Source: an uncultured Clostridia bacterium
GTDB lineage: Bacteria; Bacillota; Clostridia; Christensenellales; CAG-917
Reading direction: 5' to 3'
Assembly: GCA_944372795.1 (NCBI GenBank)
Contig: CALWAF010000005.1
Coordinates: forward strand, 489-64,488
Length of the DNA: 64,000 nucleotides
Shown one piece after another: positions 28,052 through 37,658 of this stretch (the first letter of the stretch is position 1; every line of letters begins with the position of its first letter). The translations under genes and the position numbers were made by a program. Below the pieces are notes generated by a model that saw only the letters and a list, made by a program, of their open reading frames with translations, was not told the DNA's origin and made no database searches.

Positions 28052-29109
28052 TCAACCTCTTTTTCGGACGCTTTGACCTCGTCCCATATCTTGTCCAATT
28101 CCGCGAGATGCAGCTCGGTCATGTCCCTTCCCTGCGCCTTGACCGCGTCTTCGACGGCGGCAAAGCGACGGAAAAATTTCGCGCTCGCCTCACGCAGCGC
28201 CGTCTCCGCCTCCACCTTTTTCAGCCGCAACAGATTGACGGCGGCAAAGAGAAGGTCGCCGCCTTCCTCCGTCATATGTTCCTTCGGCGCGGCGAGAAAC
28301 TCCGCAAGTTCCTCGCTCACCTTCTCCGCAGCAGGACGGAAGTCCGACCAGTCGAACCCCGCGCGCTTTGCCACCTTTTGCACCTTCTCGGCGTAAAGGA
28401 GGGCGGGCAGATTCTTCGGCACTCTGTCCATCGCGTCGGTGTGGGAGGTGTATTTCTTCTCCTTCTTCTTCGCCTCGTTCCAGAAGACGAGCGCCTGCTC
28501 GGCGTTGTCGGCGTGATTGGCACCGAAGATGTGAGTGTGGCGGTCGAGAAGTTTGCGGCAAAGCCCGGTGAGCATATCGCCGAAGCAGAATTCTCCCGCT
28601 TCCTCCGCGATCTGCGTATGAAAGACCGCCTGCATCAGGATGTCGCCGCTCTCTTCAAGCATACCCGCGACGTCGGCGCGGTCGATCGCCTCCACCAGCT
28701 CATACGCCTCTTCGATGAGGTTTATGCGTATGCTCTTATGATCCTGCGCCCTGTCCCACTCGCAGCCGCCCTCGCCGCGCAGCCTTTTCATGATCTCGGC
28801 AAGGTCGGAAAAATCGAAACGTCTGCGCTCCGTGAGCTCCTGCCCGCCGATGTCCACCGAGAGGAACCGCTCGGGAAGCTCGCCGAGAGAGACGGTCATC
28901 TTGCCGTCGTCCGTCGTGACCTCCGCCTCTGTTTCCGCGCCGTACAACGAGATAAGACGCGCGCGCACCGCACCGCACTCATCCGCCGCTATCCCGAGGG
29001 CGCGCAAAGGCACGCGCTTGTTGACGGCGACGTAGTCCGGCAAAAGATCGCGTGCTATGTAAAGCTGCAAAGAGCTCACACCCGAGCATCCGATGTTTTC
29101 GTCAGTCAT
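28048..29109 (-). CDS. mazG: MazG-family nucleoside triphosphate pyrophosphohydrolase (YabN-like)
   Basis: Tandem MazG-type EExxE helices (LIEEAYELVEAI, EELAEFLAAPKE). Its position after the flippase gene matches the Bacillus spoVT-yabM-yabN arrangement. Confidence 0.8.
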   Translation of the reverse strand: MTDENIGCSGVSSLQLYIARDLLPDYVAVNKRVPLRALGIAADECGAVRARLISLYGAETEAEVTTDDGKMTVSLGELPERFLSVDIGGQELTERRRFDFSDLAEIMKRLRGEGGCEWDRAQDHKSIRINLIEEAYELVEAIDRADVAGMLEESGDILMQAVFHTQIAEEAGEFCFGDMLTGLCRKLLDRHTHIFGANHADNAEQALVFWNEAKKKEKKYTSHTDAMDRVPKNLPALLYAEKVQKVAKRAGFDWSDFRPAAEKVSEELAEFLAAPKEHMTEEGGDLLFAAVNLLRLKKVEAETALREASAKFFRRFAAVEDAVKAQGRDMTELHLAELDKIWDEVKASEKEVE

Positions 29110-30703
29110 ATCCGTTCTCCCAAAATCTGATCTTTCTTCTTATCCTCGCAAGGCGGCTGCCGAAAGGCAGCGAGAGCACTTCGCTTTCGGTGAACACTCC
29201 CATGAGGGTGACGAGCCAGCCGTAGACGACCGCCGACACCGCCGCACCCGCGAGCACGGCACCGAGATGAGTGGGGACGTACTCCCTGACCACCAGCGCC
29301 GTCAGCGCCATTATAACACCCGCGACCAGTGTTTGGGCAACATTTTTTTCGGAGCCCACGCCCGTGAGTCTGCGGAAGGTGACCGTCACGGCGACGAGGG
29401 AGACCGCACTCATTCCCACACCCGCGACCGCAGCCCCCATGACGCCTATGCGGCTGACGAGGGAAAGGGAGAGCGCGACCTTGACCAAAACGGCAAAAGA
29501 AAGACTTATGATCAACGCTTTGGTCTTGTCAAGTGCCTGTAAGAGCGAAACGTAGATTTGCGTAGCTCCCGTGAGCACCACGCCGAACGCGGCAACGGCA
29601 AGCAGTTTTGCCGCAGTCGAGAGCTCCGCCGAGGAAAGCGAGGGATAGATGAGCGCGAGTATATCTCTGCCGAACACCATGAGAAAAAGCGACGACGGCA
29701 CGCCGATGAGATAGACCAGCTTCACCGACATTCTGCTCTTTGCGAGGATGCCGCCGAGGTCCCTTTCCTCCCGCGAGGCGGAAACGGAGGGGACCACCGC
29801 TATAGCAAGCGACATCGCCGCCACCACGGGGAGATTGACAAGAGAGGTGACGGGACCGCTGTACAGCCCGTACATCGCCGTTGCGGAAGCGGTGTCGGCG
29901 CCTCCCCATTTGAGGGCGTTGACCACGATGAGGCTGTCGAAGACCGCCCCCAGCGGCACTATGACGCCGAGCAATGCGATGGGCGCGGCGGTGCGGAACA
30001 TCGCCCTGCGTTCGGCAGCCGAAAGGCGCAGCCCTTCCCGCATCCCTCCCCTTTTTTTGCGGCGCACGGCGCAGGTGACGGCAAGGTAGCATGCTGCGGC
30101 GAACTCCGAGACGGTCACTCCGGCGATGGCGCCCATGACGGCGGCGTTCTGTCCGCGCGGCGCGAGGGCGGCGGCGAGCCCGACGCCGACGCCGAGCTTC
30201 ACCAGCTGCTCCACTATGCCCGACAGCGCGGTGGGCAGCATATACATCTCGCCTTGGAACCAGCCTCTGAATCCCGCAACCAATCCCGCGAAGAAGACGG
30301 CGGGAGCGATGACGGCATAGCCGCCCGCGGCTGCGGGATTGCCCTGCCAGCGGGCGAAAACGTGCGAAAGTGCGGTGATTAGCCCGCCCGCCAGCACGGA
30401 GAGCGCGACGAGAGTGAAGAGCGCGGCAGCGAGATACTTCCCTGCGCTCTCCCCTCTTGCGCGGTGTTCCGCCACGATGCGCGAAAGCGCGGTGGGGATG
30501 CCCGCCGTGGACAAAGTGATGAAGAGCGCGTATACGGGGAAGACGAGTTGATAGACCCCCATCCCCTCCGCGCCGAGGATGTTGGTGAGGGGGATGCGGT
30601 AAAAAGCGCCGATGAACTTTGCCACCATGCTGCCCGCAGCCAGCACTGCGGCACCGCCCGCGAGTCTGCCCGGACGGCGGGCGTCCTCCTTCACTCTGCG
30701 CAT
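29102..30703 (-). CDS. MOP-superfamily flippase (SpoVB/YabM/MurJ-like polysaccharide biosynthesis protein)
   Basis: 533 aa and polytopic. The N-terminus KFIGAFYRIPLTNILGAEGMGVYQLVFPVY is typical of SpoVB/YabM proteins. It is adjacent to spoVT. Confidence 0.85.
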   Translation of the reverse strand: MRRVKEDARRPGRLAGGAAVLAAGSMVAKFIGAFYRIPLTNILGAEGMGVYQLVFPVYALFITLSTAGIPTALSRIVAEHRARGESAGKYLAAALFTLVALSVLAGGLITALSHVFARWQGNPAAAGGYAVIAPAVFFAGLVAGFRGWFQGEMYMLPTALSGIVEQLVKLGVGVGLAAALAPRGQNAAVMGAIAGVTVSEFAAACYLAVTCAVRRKKRGGMREGLRLSAAERRAMFRTAAPIALLGVIVPLGAVFDSLIVVNALKWGGADTASATAMYGLYSGPVTSLVNLPVVAAMSLAIAVVPSVSASREERDLGGILAKSRMSVKLVYLIGVPSSLFLMVFGRDILALIYPSLSSAELSTAAKLLAVAAFGVVLTGATQIYVSLLQALDKTKALIISLSFAVLVKVALSLSLVSRIGVMGAAVAGVGMSAVSLVAVTVTFRRLTGVGSEKNVAQTLVAGVIMALTALVVREYVPTHLGAVLAGAAVSAVVYGWLVTLMGVFTESEVLSLPFGSRLARIRRKIRFWENGYD

Positions 30704-31215
30704 ACGCTGCCCAGAAGTCCCGCCGCGAACTCTAACGCCCCGACGTGCCCTTCCGCGTTATCGCCGACGGCAAAGAGGCATCCCGCCACCTCGCCCGACG
30801 CGGCGCGCACGGGGACTGCGATCAGCTCCCCCTCGATGCACACGCCTTTCACGGGCTCGAAGCCGCCCTCGCGGCGCAGCGACAGCGTCTTTTCCTCCCT
30901 CGCGAGCGCGGAAAATTCCGCCGTCAGCGGGCGGGAAAGCATATCTTTCGCGTGTCTGCCGCAGGCGGCTTCCACCCTGTCCGCCGCCGTAAGGAACACC
31001 TCGCACCCCGTCATGGACGCGGCATAGGAAACCGCCCTGCCGCACACGGTGACGAACCCCGCGAAACGGGAATGTCTGCGCACCGTAAGTCTGTCTCCGT
31101 CGGCGGCGATCTCCGTTTCGTCGCCCGCCTTCAACCCCAGCAAGCGTCGAAGCTCCTTGGGGATGACGATGCGTCCCAGCCCGTCCATTCTGCGCACAAT
31201 GCCCGTTTCGCTCAT
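30691..31215 (-). CDS. spoVT: Stage V sporulation protein T (AbrB-type N-terminal domain + GAF-like C-terminal domain)
   Basis: TGIVRRMDGLGRIVIPKELRRLLGLKAGDETEI matches the SpoVT/AbrB swapped-hairpin motif. Length is 174 aa. Confidence 0.85.
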   Translation of the reverse strand: MSETGIVRRMDGLGRIVIPKELRRLLGLKAGDETEIAADGDRLTVRRHSRFAGFVTVCGRAVSYAASMTGCEVFLTAADRVEAACGRHAKDMLSRPLTAEFSALAREEKTLSLRREGGFEPVKGVCIEGELIAVPVRAASGEVAGCLFAVGDNAEGHVGALEFAAGLLGSVCAE

Positions 31216-31287
31216 AAAAAACCTCCCGTTCGGCGGTTAGTTTGCACCGAAGGGAGGTTTATATTCCCGATGTATTCCCGCCGCCCG

Positions 31288-31602
31288 CTAGCGCAGTCTG
31301 ACGGGGAAGACCTTTCCCCTGCCCATGACGTGTCGGACGGGCTTGTCATCCTTGACGCGTTCGAGCACGAAGGCGGAAAAATCCACTTCCTCTATGAAAT
31401 CGGAAGGCTGGAATTTGACGCGGTTGAACTTGTCGAAACGCTCGAAATGCGCGGGAAGGAGCACGGGCGTGGAGACGTCCGCCTTGTACGCCACGTTCTG
31501 CACCGCCTCGCGGAAGCCCGCGAATGTGGGCTTGTGCTCGCCCTCATAGACCACGTCGCGCAGGATCTTGTCCCCGCGCATCACCTTTGCCCAGATCTTC
31601 AT
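31288..31602 (-). CDS. Small conserved-looking hypothetical protein (104 aa)
   Basis: MKIWAKVMRGDKILRDVVYEG... The ATG at 31602 shares one nucleotide with the TGA of the upstream gene (TGATG). The tracked 143-aa ORF has an implausible Arg-rich extension. Confidence 0.6.
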   Translation of the reverse strand: MKIWAKVMRGDKILRDVVYEGEHKPTFAGFREAVQNVAYKADVSTPVLLPAHFERFDKFNRVKFQPSDFIEEVDFSAFVLERVKDDKPVRHVMGRGKVFPVRLR

Positions 31603-32069
31603 CAATACTCCGCGACGATCTCGCCGAAATAGAAGTTGTGTTTGTCGCCGTTCGCGTACCAGCCGTCCACCTTCGAGATGTCCATATCGCCCATGGGGAG
31701 CACGCCGAGCACGCGGCACTCGATGTATCTCTCACACCCCGCGACGACGACGGTGCCCACCTCTTTCGCGGGCTGTTTGCGCATACCGGTCTCCGCCCAC
31801 TTGTCGTAGTCGCGACCGCTCTTGCTGCCGCAGAACCCCAGCTCCTTTTTCATGGTGCCGGGCGCGGGGACGCTGACGGTGAACTCGCCCGTCTTGTCCA
31901 GCATCTCTTTGGTATAGCGGCTGTCGCGGATGGGCGCGACAAAGACCTTCTTGCCCCACATCACGCCGACAAAACCCCAGCTTGCGACCATGACGTTGTC
32001 GCCCGAGGTCACGAAGGCGCCCGTGTTGAACGCGCTGTTCATAAAATCCATATCCTTAAACTCGTGCAT
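31602..32069 (-). CDS. Flavin reductase-like (FMN-binding split-barrel) protein
   Basis: 155 aa. The assignment rests on general resemblance to flavin-reductase-domain proteins (VASWGFVGVMWGKKVFVAPIRDSRYT). It comes from memory and has not been searched. Confidence 0.55.
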   Translation of the reverse strand: MHEFKDMDFMNSAFNTGAFVTSGDNVMVASWGFVGVMWGKKVFVAPIRDSRYTKEMLDKTGEFTVSVPAPGTMKKELGFCGSKSGRDYDKWAETGMRKQPAKEVGTVVVAGCERYIECRVLGVLPMGDMDISKVDGWYANGDKHNFYFGEIVAEY

Positions 32070-32160
32070 ACTGCCTCCGGAACGGGACGCGGAAACTTCC
32101 TATTTTTCCCGCACCCCGCGAAAAAGTTGATTTCGAATTTATAGTATGATAACATATCCG

Positions 32161-32200
32161 CGATGGTCACGGCAACACCCATCAATAAAAAAAACCGAGG
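32161..32200 (+). promoter_or_regulatory. preQ1-I riboswitch
   Basis: P1 GATGG (32162-32166) pairs with CCATC (32079+100, i.e. 32179-32183). The loop is TCACGGCAACAC, followed by an A-rich tail AATAAAAAAAACCGAGG. In the tail, CCG (32195-32197) can pair with loop CGG (32170-32172) to form the pseudoknot that sequesters the GAGG Shine-Dalgarno. The layout matches the Thermoanaerobacter and Bacillus preQ1-I aptamers. It sits directly upstream of queT. Confidence 0.8.
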
Positions 32201-32206
32201 TATGTT

Positions 32207-32776
32207 TTGAAAAAAACCGTATTTTTCATCACGCGCTCCGCGCTGGTGGCGGCGATCTACTTCGCCCTTGCAACGGCACTCCAACCCATCTCGTTCGGTC
32301 CCGTACAGTTCCGCCTCTCGGAGGCTCTCGTGCTCCTTCCGATCTTCATGCCGGAGTCCATCATCGGCGTGACGCTGGGGTGCTTCCTCTCCAATTTCTT
32401 CTACTCCACGATGTACGACGTCATCTTCGGGACGATCGCCACGGCGCTTGCCGCCGTCGCCACCTTCCTTCTGCGCCGCACGAAGTTCCTCTATGTGCTG
32501 CCTCCCCTCCTTTTCAACGCCTTCCTCGTGCCCCTCATCTGGGTGGTGGACGGCTCGGACGCGGCATATCTTCTCAACTTCGCGCTCATCCTCGCCTCCG
32601 AAGTCATCGTGGTGTGCGTGATAGGGCTTCCCCTCACCCTCGCCCTAAAAAAGGCGCTCGCGCGGGCGGGGATAAGATTCTACTCCTTCCACAAAGCGCT
32701 CGCCGCGCCTGCGTACAGGCGGGATACGACCCACGGGCTCGCGCCCGATACGGAGGACGACTATGACTGCGGTTGA
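32207..32776 (+). CDS. queT: Queuosine-precursor transporter QueT (ECF S-component type)
   Basis: 189 aa, with a TTG start 6 nt after GAGG. The motif ISFGPVQFRLSEALVLLPIF is characteristic of QueT. A preQ1 riboswitch lies upstream. Confidence 0.85.
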   Translation: MKKTVFFITRSALVAAIYFALATALQPISFGPVQFRLSEALVLLPIFMPESIIGVTLGCFLSNFFYSTMYDVIFGTIATALAAVATFLLRRTKFLYVLPPLLFNAFLVPLIWVVDGSDAAYLLNFALILASEVIVVCVIGLPLTLALKKALARAGIRFYSFHKALAAPAYRRDTTHGLAPDTEDDYDCG

Positions 32777-33311
32777 AGCGGTAAGACAAGCGGTAAGGAA
32801 ACATCTCGGCGAAGGCGGCTTCGCCATCGACGCCACCGCGGGACGGGGTCACGACACCGTCTTTCTCGCGCGGCAGGTAGGCGAGAGCGGACGCGTCCTC
32901 GCCTTCGACATACAGGAGGAGGCTGTGGAAAGCACCCGCGCCCTACTTGCTCGGGAGGGGCTCTCTGCCGAAGTCGTGCACGCCTCGCACGCCGATATGG
33001 CGCTCTACGCCGAGCCCGAGAGCGCGGACTGCATCCTCTTCAACCTCGGCTGGCTGCCCGGCGGCGACCACACCGTCTACACCCGCGCCGAAAGCACGAT
33101 AAAAGCCGTGGAAGCGGGGCTCGGGATCTTAAAGCGCGGCGGACTTATGTGCGTCACGATATACAGCGGCGGCGCGAACGGCTATGCCGAACGCGATGCG
33201 CTCATCCCCTATCTCGCCTCCGTGGACGACAGCCGTTTTCAGGTGCTCTCCCTCTCCTTCCACAATTGGAAGAAGGATCCGCCTCTCCCCTTCTTTATAA
33301 TAAAATTATAA
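32763..33311 (+). CDS. mnmM: Class I SAM-dependent methyltransferase of the YtqB/MnmM (putative rRNA-methylase, PF06962-like) type
   Basis: 182 aa with IDATAGRGHDTVFLA (SAM motif I). Size and end-to-end layout match YtqB-like proteins. It overlaps the queT stop. Confidence 0.7.
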   Translation: MTAVEAVRQAVRKHLGEGGFAIDATAGRGHDTVFLARQVGESGRVLAFDIQEEAVESTRALLAREGLSAEVVHASHADMALYAEPESADCILFNLGWLPGGDHTVYTRAESTIKAVEAGLGILKRGGLMCVTIYSGGANGYAERDALIPYLASVDDSRFQVLSLSFHNWKKDPPLPFFIIKL

Positions 33312-33489
33312 AGGCGTATCCGCTCTCCGCCCCACACTATATATGGGGTTTTGTTTTTTCCTTCCCCCAAGGTGTTCACATTTTGCAAAATGTGTGATAA
33401 GGTTATATGCGTTCGCACCCGCGGCGGGCGCACCCATTCGCATACGGAGAAATGTTTTGAGTCTGGCAAAGTTTTCAAGCGATTTTCTG

Positions 33490-34914
33490 ATGGAGAGCTT
33501 CACCCTCGTTGACAACCTGTTCATCAACGAGCATCTTCCGCACTGCTCCGAAAAGCAGCTGAAAGTCTATCTCTACGGGCTTTATATGTGCTCCATGCCC
33601 GAGAAGCTCAACTCCATGGAAGAGATGTGCGCCACCCTAGACGTCACCGAGGCGGAGCTTGTCGCCATCTACACCGACTTCGAAGACGCAGGACTCGTGC
33701 GCGTCGTGAGCAGATCCCCCCTCGAAGTCGCCTATTGCTCCTTCAAACGCGCCAATCAGCCGCCCAAAAAGTATAAGTCCGAGAAGTGGAACGACTTCAA
33801 CCGCGAGCTGCAGGAGCTCTTCCACGAGCGTATGCTCACCCCCAACGAATACAACGAGTACTACACCTTCCTCGATTCCGTCAAAATGGACCGCGACGCC
33901 ATGCTCATGATCGTGCGCTATTGCATCGACCTCAAGGGCGAGAGCGTCAGATATCCCTACATTCTCACCGTCGCGCGCAATTGGGCGAGCGAAGGCGTGC
34001 GCACCGTCGCCGACGTCGAGAAAAAGCTGGATGAATACGAAGCGCAGTCCGAGGATATGCGCGCCGTGCTCTCCGCCCTCGGCAGAAAGAGCGGCGCCGA
34101 GCTCGAGGAAAAACAGATGCTCACCAAATGGACGCGCAGCTGGGGCTTCACCCTCCCCGCCGTCCTCGAAGCCGCAAAGAGCATGAAGGGCGGCAAGACC
34201 TTCCGCAAGCTGGACGCTCGCCTCGACGAGTTCTACCGTTTGGGCGTCTTCACCGAGGCGGAAATGAAGGATTACAACGCGCACAGAGAGCACCTCACGG
34301 AGCTTGCCGTGCGCATCAACAAGACCATCGGCGTCTATTACGAATCCCTCGACCACGTCATCGAGGTCTACACCTCCCCGTGGCTCAACAAGGGTTTCTC
34401 GGAGGACGCCCTCGCCACCGTCGCGCACTACTGCTTCCTCTCCGGCATCCGCAGTCTCGAAGGCATGAACGGCGTGGTGGACAAGTTCTTCGCACAGGGT
34501 CTGCTCACCGTGGACGCCATCAACGGCTTCATCGGGGAGCAGGTCGCCACCGACGAGCGCATCAAAAAGATCGTGGAAGCCACGGGCAGAGAGCGCTCCG
34601 TCACCGCCGCGGACCGCAACTTCTACCGCACTTGGAGCGCGGGCTGGGGCTTCTCGGACGACGTCATCCTCTACGCCGCGGAGCTGTCGGCGGGCAAGAG
34701 CTATCCCACCTCCGCCGTCAACCGTCTGCTCTCGGAGTGGAAGGCGCGGGGTGTGCGCACTTTGGACGACGCGAAACGCGTGGGCACGGCGAGTGCATCC
34801 GCGACCGCCGCCCGTCCCTCCTCGTCCAAGAACTTCGAGGAGCGCAGCTACACCGACGACGAGATCAAGTCCGTCATGGTCAACATCGACGATCTGGAGG
34901 ATAAGGATCTATGA
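33490..34914 (+). CDS. Replication initiation / membrane attachment protein with DnaD/DnaB_2 domains (Bacillus DnaB-type, not the helicase)
   Basis: ATG 33490 is preferred (MESFTLVDNLFINEHLPHCSEKQLKVYLYGLYM). It has repeated DnaD-type C-terminal modules (ARNWASEGVRTVADV, LSEWKARGVRTLDDA). A DnaI-like loader follows with a 4-nt overlap. Confidence 0.75.
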   Translation: MESFTLVDNLFINEHLPHCSEKQLKVYLYGLYMCSMPEKLNSMEEMCATLDVTEAELVAIYTDFEDAGLVRVVSRSPLEVAYCSFKRANQPPKKYKSEKWNDFNRELQELFHERMLTPNEYNEYYTFLDSVKMDRDAMLMIVRYCIDLKGESVRYPYILTVARNWASEGVRTVADVEKKLDEYEAQSEDMRAVLSALGRKSGAELEEKQMLTKWTRSWGFTLPAVLEAAKSMKGGKTFRKLDARLDEFYRLGVFTEAEMKDYNAHREHLTELAVRINKTIGVYYESLDHVIEVYTSPWLNKGFSEDALATVAHYCFLSGIRSLEGMNGVVDKFFAQGLLTVDAINGFIGEQVATDERIKKIVEATGRERSVTAADRNFYRTWSAGWGFSDDVILYAAELSAGKSYPTSAVNRLLSEWKARGVRTLDDAKRVGTASASATAARPSSSKNFEERSYTDDEIKSVMVNIDDLEDKDL

Positions 34915-35825
34915 CAGAAGAGATCTTGAGGCAGGTCCTCGAAAAGAAGCGCGGGGAACGCCGCCGCGAAGAGACCGCGGCAAAGGAACGCAAAGCCGCA
35001 GCCCTCTCCGTCCCCGAAGTCGCAGAAGCGCACCGCGAGTATGTCTATGCCCTGCACGAGAGTTTGCGCTACGGCGGAGACGAGAGGAAACGCCGCGCCG
35101 AAAAGGCATACGCCGAGTACACCGCGGCGCTCGAAAACGCGGGCTTTAGCGAGCGCGACTTCGAGCCTCGCACCCTCTGTCCTATCTGCGGCGATACGGG
35201 TATGCATGAGGGAAAACTCTGCTCCTGCGTGCACGACGACCTCGTCCGCGCGCTGGGCGTCGCCTGCGACCTCTCGCCCGAAGGCGAGACTCTCTCCGAT
35301 CTTGCGCGCTCCGCACTCGGCAGTCAGGCGGAAAAACTGAAAGCCATGTACGCCCGCATGAGCACCTATGCGGAGAAGTTCCCCGACGTCAACCGCACCG
35401 TCATCGTGTGCACGGGCAAGACGGGGACGGGCAAAACGGCGCTTGCCACCGCCCTCTCCCGCACCCTCATCCGCCGCGGACACAGCGCCAAGATCATGAG
35501 CGCCATGACCTTCAACTCCCTCATGCTCAAATGCCACACCGCGCCCTACTCCGAGCGCGAAGGCATCATGTCCGACGTGCTGGGGGCGGAACTGCTCGTT
35601 ATAGACGACCTCGGGACGGAGCCCAGATATAACAACGTCACCTGCGAATATCTTTTGCTCGTCATAGAGGAGCGCACGGCAAAGCACCTTGCCACCCTCA
35701 TCACCACCAACCTCTCGCCAGAGAACATCCTGCATTCCTACAACGAGCGCATCTACTCCCGCCTCTTCGACAAACGCCGCTCCCTCACTCTCGCCTTCGA
35801 CGGAGACGACCTGCGCCTGAAGTGA
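34911..35825 (+). CDS. dnaI: DnaI/DnaC-family helicase loader ATPase
   Basis: Cys-rich N-terminus (CPICGDTGMHEGKLCSC), Walker A GKTGTGKT, Walker B LLVIDDLG. Length is 304 aa. Confidence 0.8.
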   Translation: MTEEILRQVLEKKRGERRREETAAKERKAAALSVPEVAEAHREYVYALHESLRYGGDERKRRAEKAYAEYTAALENAGFSERDFEPRTLCPICGDTGMHEGKLCSCVHDDLVRALGVACDLSPEGETLSDLARSALGSQAEKLKAMYARMSTYAEKFPDVNRTVIVCTGKTGTGKTALATALSRTLIRRGHSAKIMSAMTFNSLMLKCHTAPYSEREGIMSDVLGAELLVIDDLGTEPRYNNVTCEYLLLVIEERTAKHLATLITTNLSPENILHSYNERIYSRLFDKRRSLTLAFDGDDLRLK

Positions 35826-35890
35826 CCGCGACAGTCCGATAACGCAACAAAAAAGCCGCTCTTGCGAGCGGCTTTTCGTATGCATTCCTG

Positions 35891-37105
35891 TCAGTCCGCG
35901 CTCTCGAGGTCTTCCACCGTCTGCAACGCGATGAGGAAGCACTTTTCGAGCAACTCGCCGTCCAGACTGTCGGCGTGGTCCAGCTCTGTGTGATAGGCGT
36001 CGGACATGGGGTCGAGCGCCGTGACGCACGCGGCTTTAAGCCCGACTGCGGCAAACGACGCGGCATCGGTAGCACCGAATCCGCCGCCCTTCCCGCACTC
36101 CGCGCCGACCTTGGCAGCGGCAGCGGAAACCAGCGAAACCACGTCTTTATCCAGCTTTTTCATGCCGTTGAAATCTCTGTTCTGCACTTTTAGCTTGTCC
36201 GCGTCGCGCAGCGTATCCAGCGTGACGAAGAGCGTCTTGCCGTCACGGTAGGTGTCCGCATATTCGTCGCACCATGCCATGGAACCGCGCAGTCCGCATT
36301 CCTCCGAACCGGTGAGGATGACCCCCACTTCGGTGTGCGCGAGTTTCTCCCCGCTCTCGCCGAGAGCCTTCATCAGCGCCATCGCGACGGTGCACCCCGA
36401 AAGGTCGTCGCCCGCCCCCGGGGAAACTGTCTTACCGTCTATGAGGAAGAGCGCCGCCGTCCACACGGGCACGAAGACGATGCCGACAAGCCCTACGATC
36501 ATCCACTCATCCGCAGCGAGCCCGGTGCCCACGCTGCCCAGATACGCCCAACGGGCGATGTCGGCGGCAAACAGATAAGCCACACCGACAAGGGAAAGCG
36601 CCGCGACCGCAATGACGAACTTCATCCTGCCCTTCATGCGGGGACGGAAAACGTGCGCCGCATCGAGATGCGCGGTGAAGAAGACACGGTGTTTCACCTC
36701 TCCTTCGCAAGGAAGAAGTGCGGTCACGTTGCGGGACTTGCGCTTGATGTACGCTCCGTCGAACGCGCGCGACATCATGACGCCCTGCACGATGAAGGGC
36801 ACCATAGCCACGATGATGAGCGCCACGGAGACCATGGACACGAAGAAGTAGGCAGCGTAGGCGAGCAGCATACACACCGCCGTCACGCCTATCCACCCGA
36901 ACGCCGCCGCGGGCGCCACGTCGAACTCCTGCACCGTCACTTTCGCGCCGACGTCGGACATGCGCTTTGCCGCATGTTCCGCCGCGTCCGCCTCTGCGAC
37001 GCTGCCCGCGCCGCGCACGGACATATTCTCGGCGATATACGCCGTCTCGGAAAGGATAAAATCTTTGCTGCGCGCAGAATCGCGCTTTAATGTGTCGAAA
37101 TTCAT
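35891..37105 (-). CDS. Membrane-associated M28-family metallopeptidase
   Basis: HLDAAHV and GSEECGLRGS match M28 metal-ligand motifs, and internal TM segments are present. Its start overlaps the marR stop (ATGA). Confidence 0.75.
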   Translation of the reverse strand: MNFDTLKRDSARSKDFILSETAYIAENMSVRGAGSVAEADAAEHAAKRMSDVGAKVTVQEFDVAPAAAFGWIGVTAVCMLLAYAAYFFVSMVSVALIIVAMVPFIVQGVMMSRAFDGAYIKRKSRNVTALLPCEGEVKHRVFFTAHLDAAHVFRPRMKGRMKFVIAVAALSLVGVAYLFAADIARWAYLGSVGTGLAADEWMIVGLVGIVFVPVWTAALFLIDGKTVSPGAGDDLSGCTVAMALMKALGESGEKLAHTEVGVILTGSEECGLRGSMAWCDEYADTYRDGKTLFVTLDTLRDADKLKVQNRDFNGMKKLDKDVVSLVSAAAAKVGAECGKGGGFGATDAASFAAVGLKAACVTALDPMSDAYHTELDHADSLDGELLEKCFLIALQTVEDLESAD

Positions 37106-37560
37106 ATTGTAAAGTCCACGTTGAGATTGCGCATCATCATATCGAGAAGAGCCTTCAACACCTCTTTTTCGTTCTGTTCGAAGTTGGCGAAAGCGGTCGC
37201 GAAATATCTGCGGTTCGCCTCGTCGATGAGCTCCGCAACGCCGCGCCCTTCCTCGGTCAGGGCAAGCTGCTGTTCGCGCTTGTCCTCTTCGGAGACCGTC
37301 GCCGTGATGTAATTCTTCTCCTTCAGCAGTTTGACGCTGCGCGAAACGAGAGCCTTGCTCACGTCCGATTGCATGGCGATCTCACTTGCCGTGGGGGTGG
37401 TTTCTATGCTGCTCAACACCACGATCTCGTTGGGAGAAAGATCGTAGCCCTCAAGTGCGTTGAGCTGAAAATCGGTGTAGGAGCGAAGGAGCTTCCTGTA
37501 CGCCGAAAAAAAGTATGCCGCGTTTTTGACTTCCATGAAATTAGTATAACATTGAAACAA
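37102..37560 (-). CDS. MarR-family transcriptional regulator
   Basis: 152 aa. Winged-helix region LSPNEIVVLSSIETTPTASEIAMQSDVSKALVSRSVKLLKEKNYI. Confidence 0.85.
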   Translation of the reverse strand: MFQCYTNFMEVKNAAYFFSAYRKLLRSYTDFQLNALEGYDLSPNEIVVLSSIETTPTASEIAMQSDVSKALVSRSVKLLKEKNYITATVSEEDKREQQLALTEEGRGVAELIDEANRRYFATAFANFEQNEKEVLKALLDMMMRNLNVDFTI

Positions 37561-37658
37561 ATTTTTTTCAACACTAAACGCGGAAAAAGTTAACTTTTTT
37601 ATCTAATTTTATAACTTGCGTCACCGACGGCAAAATATCACCGCCGCGAACTCCCCTT

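Noticed and set aside
28048-31215. MazG and AbrB-like genes as a toxin-antitoxin or anti-phage module
   Set aside because: The order spoVT, MOP flippase, yabN/mazG reproduces the conserved Bacillus/Clostridia sporulation-associated locus. The AbrB-type protein has the full SpoVT length with a C-terminal sensory domain.
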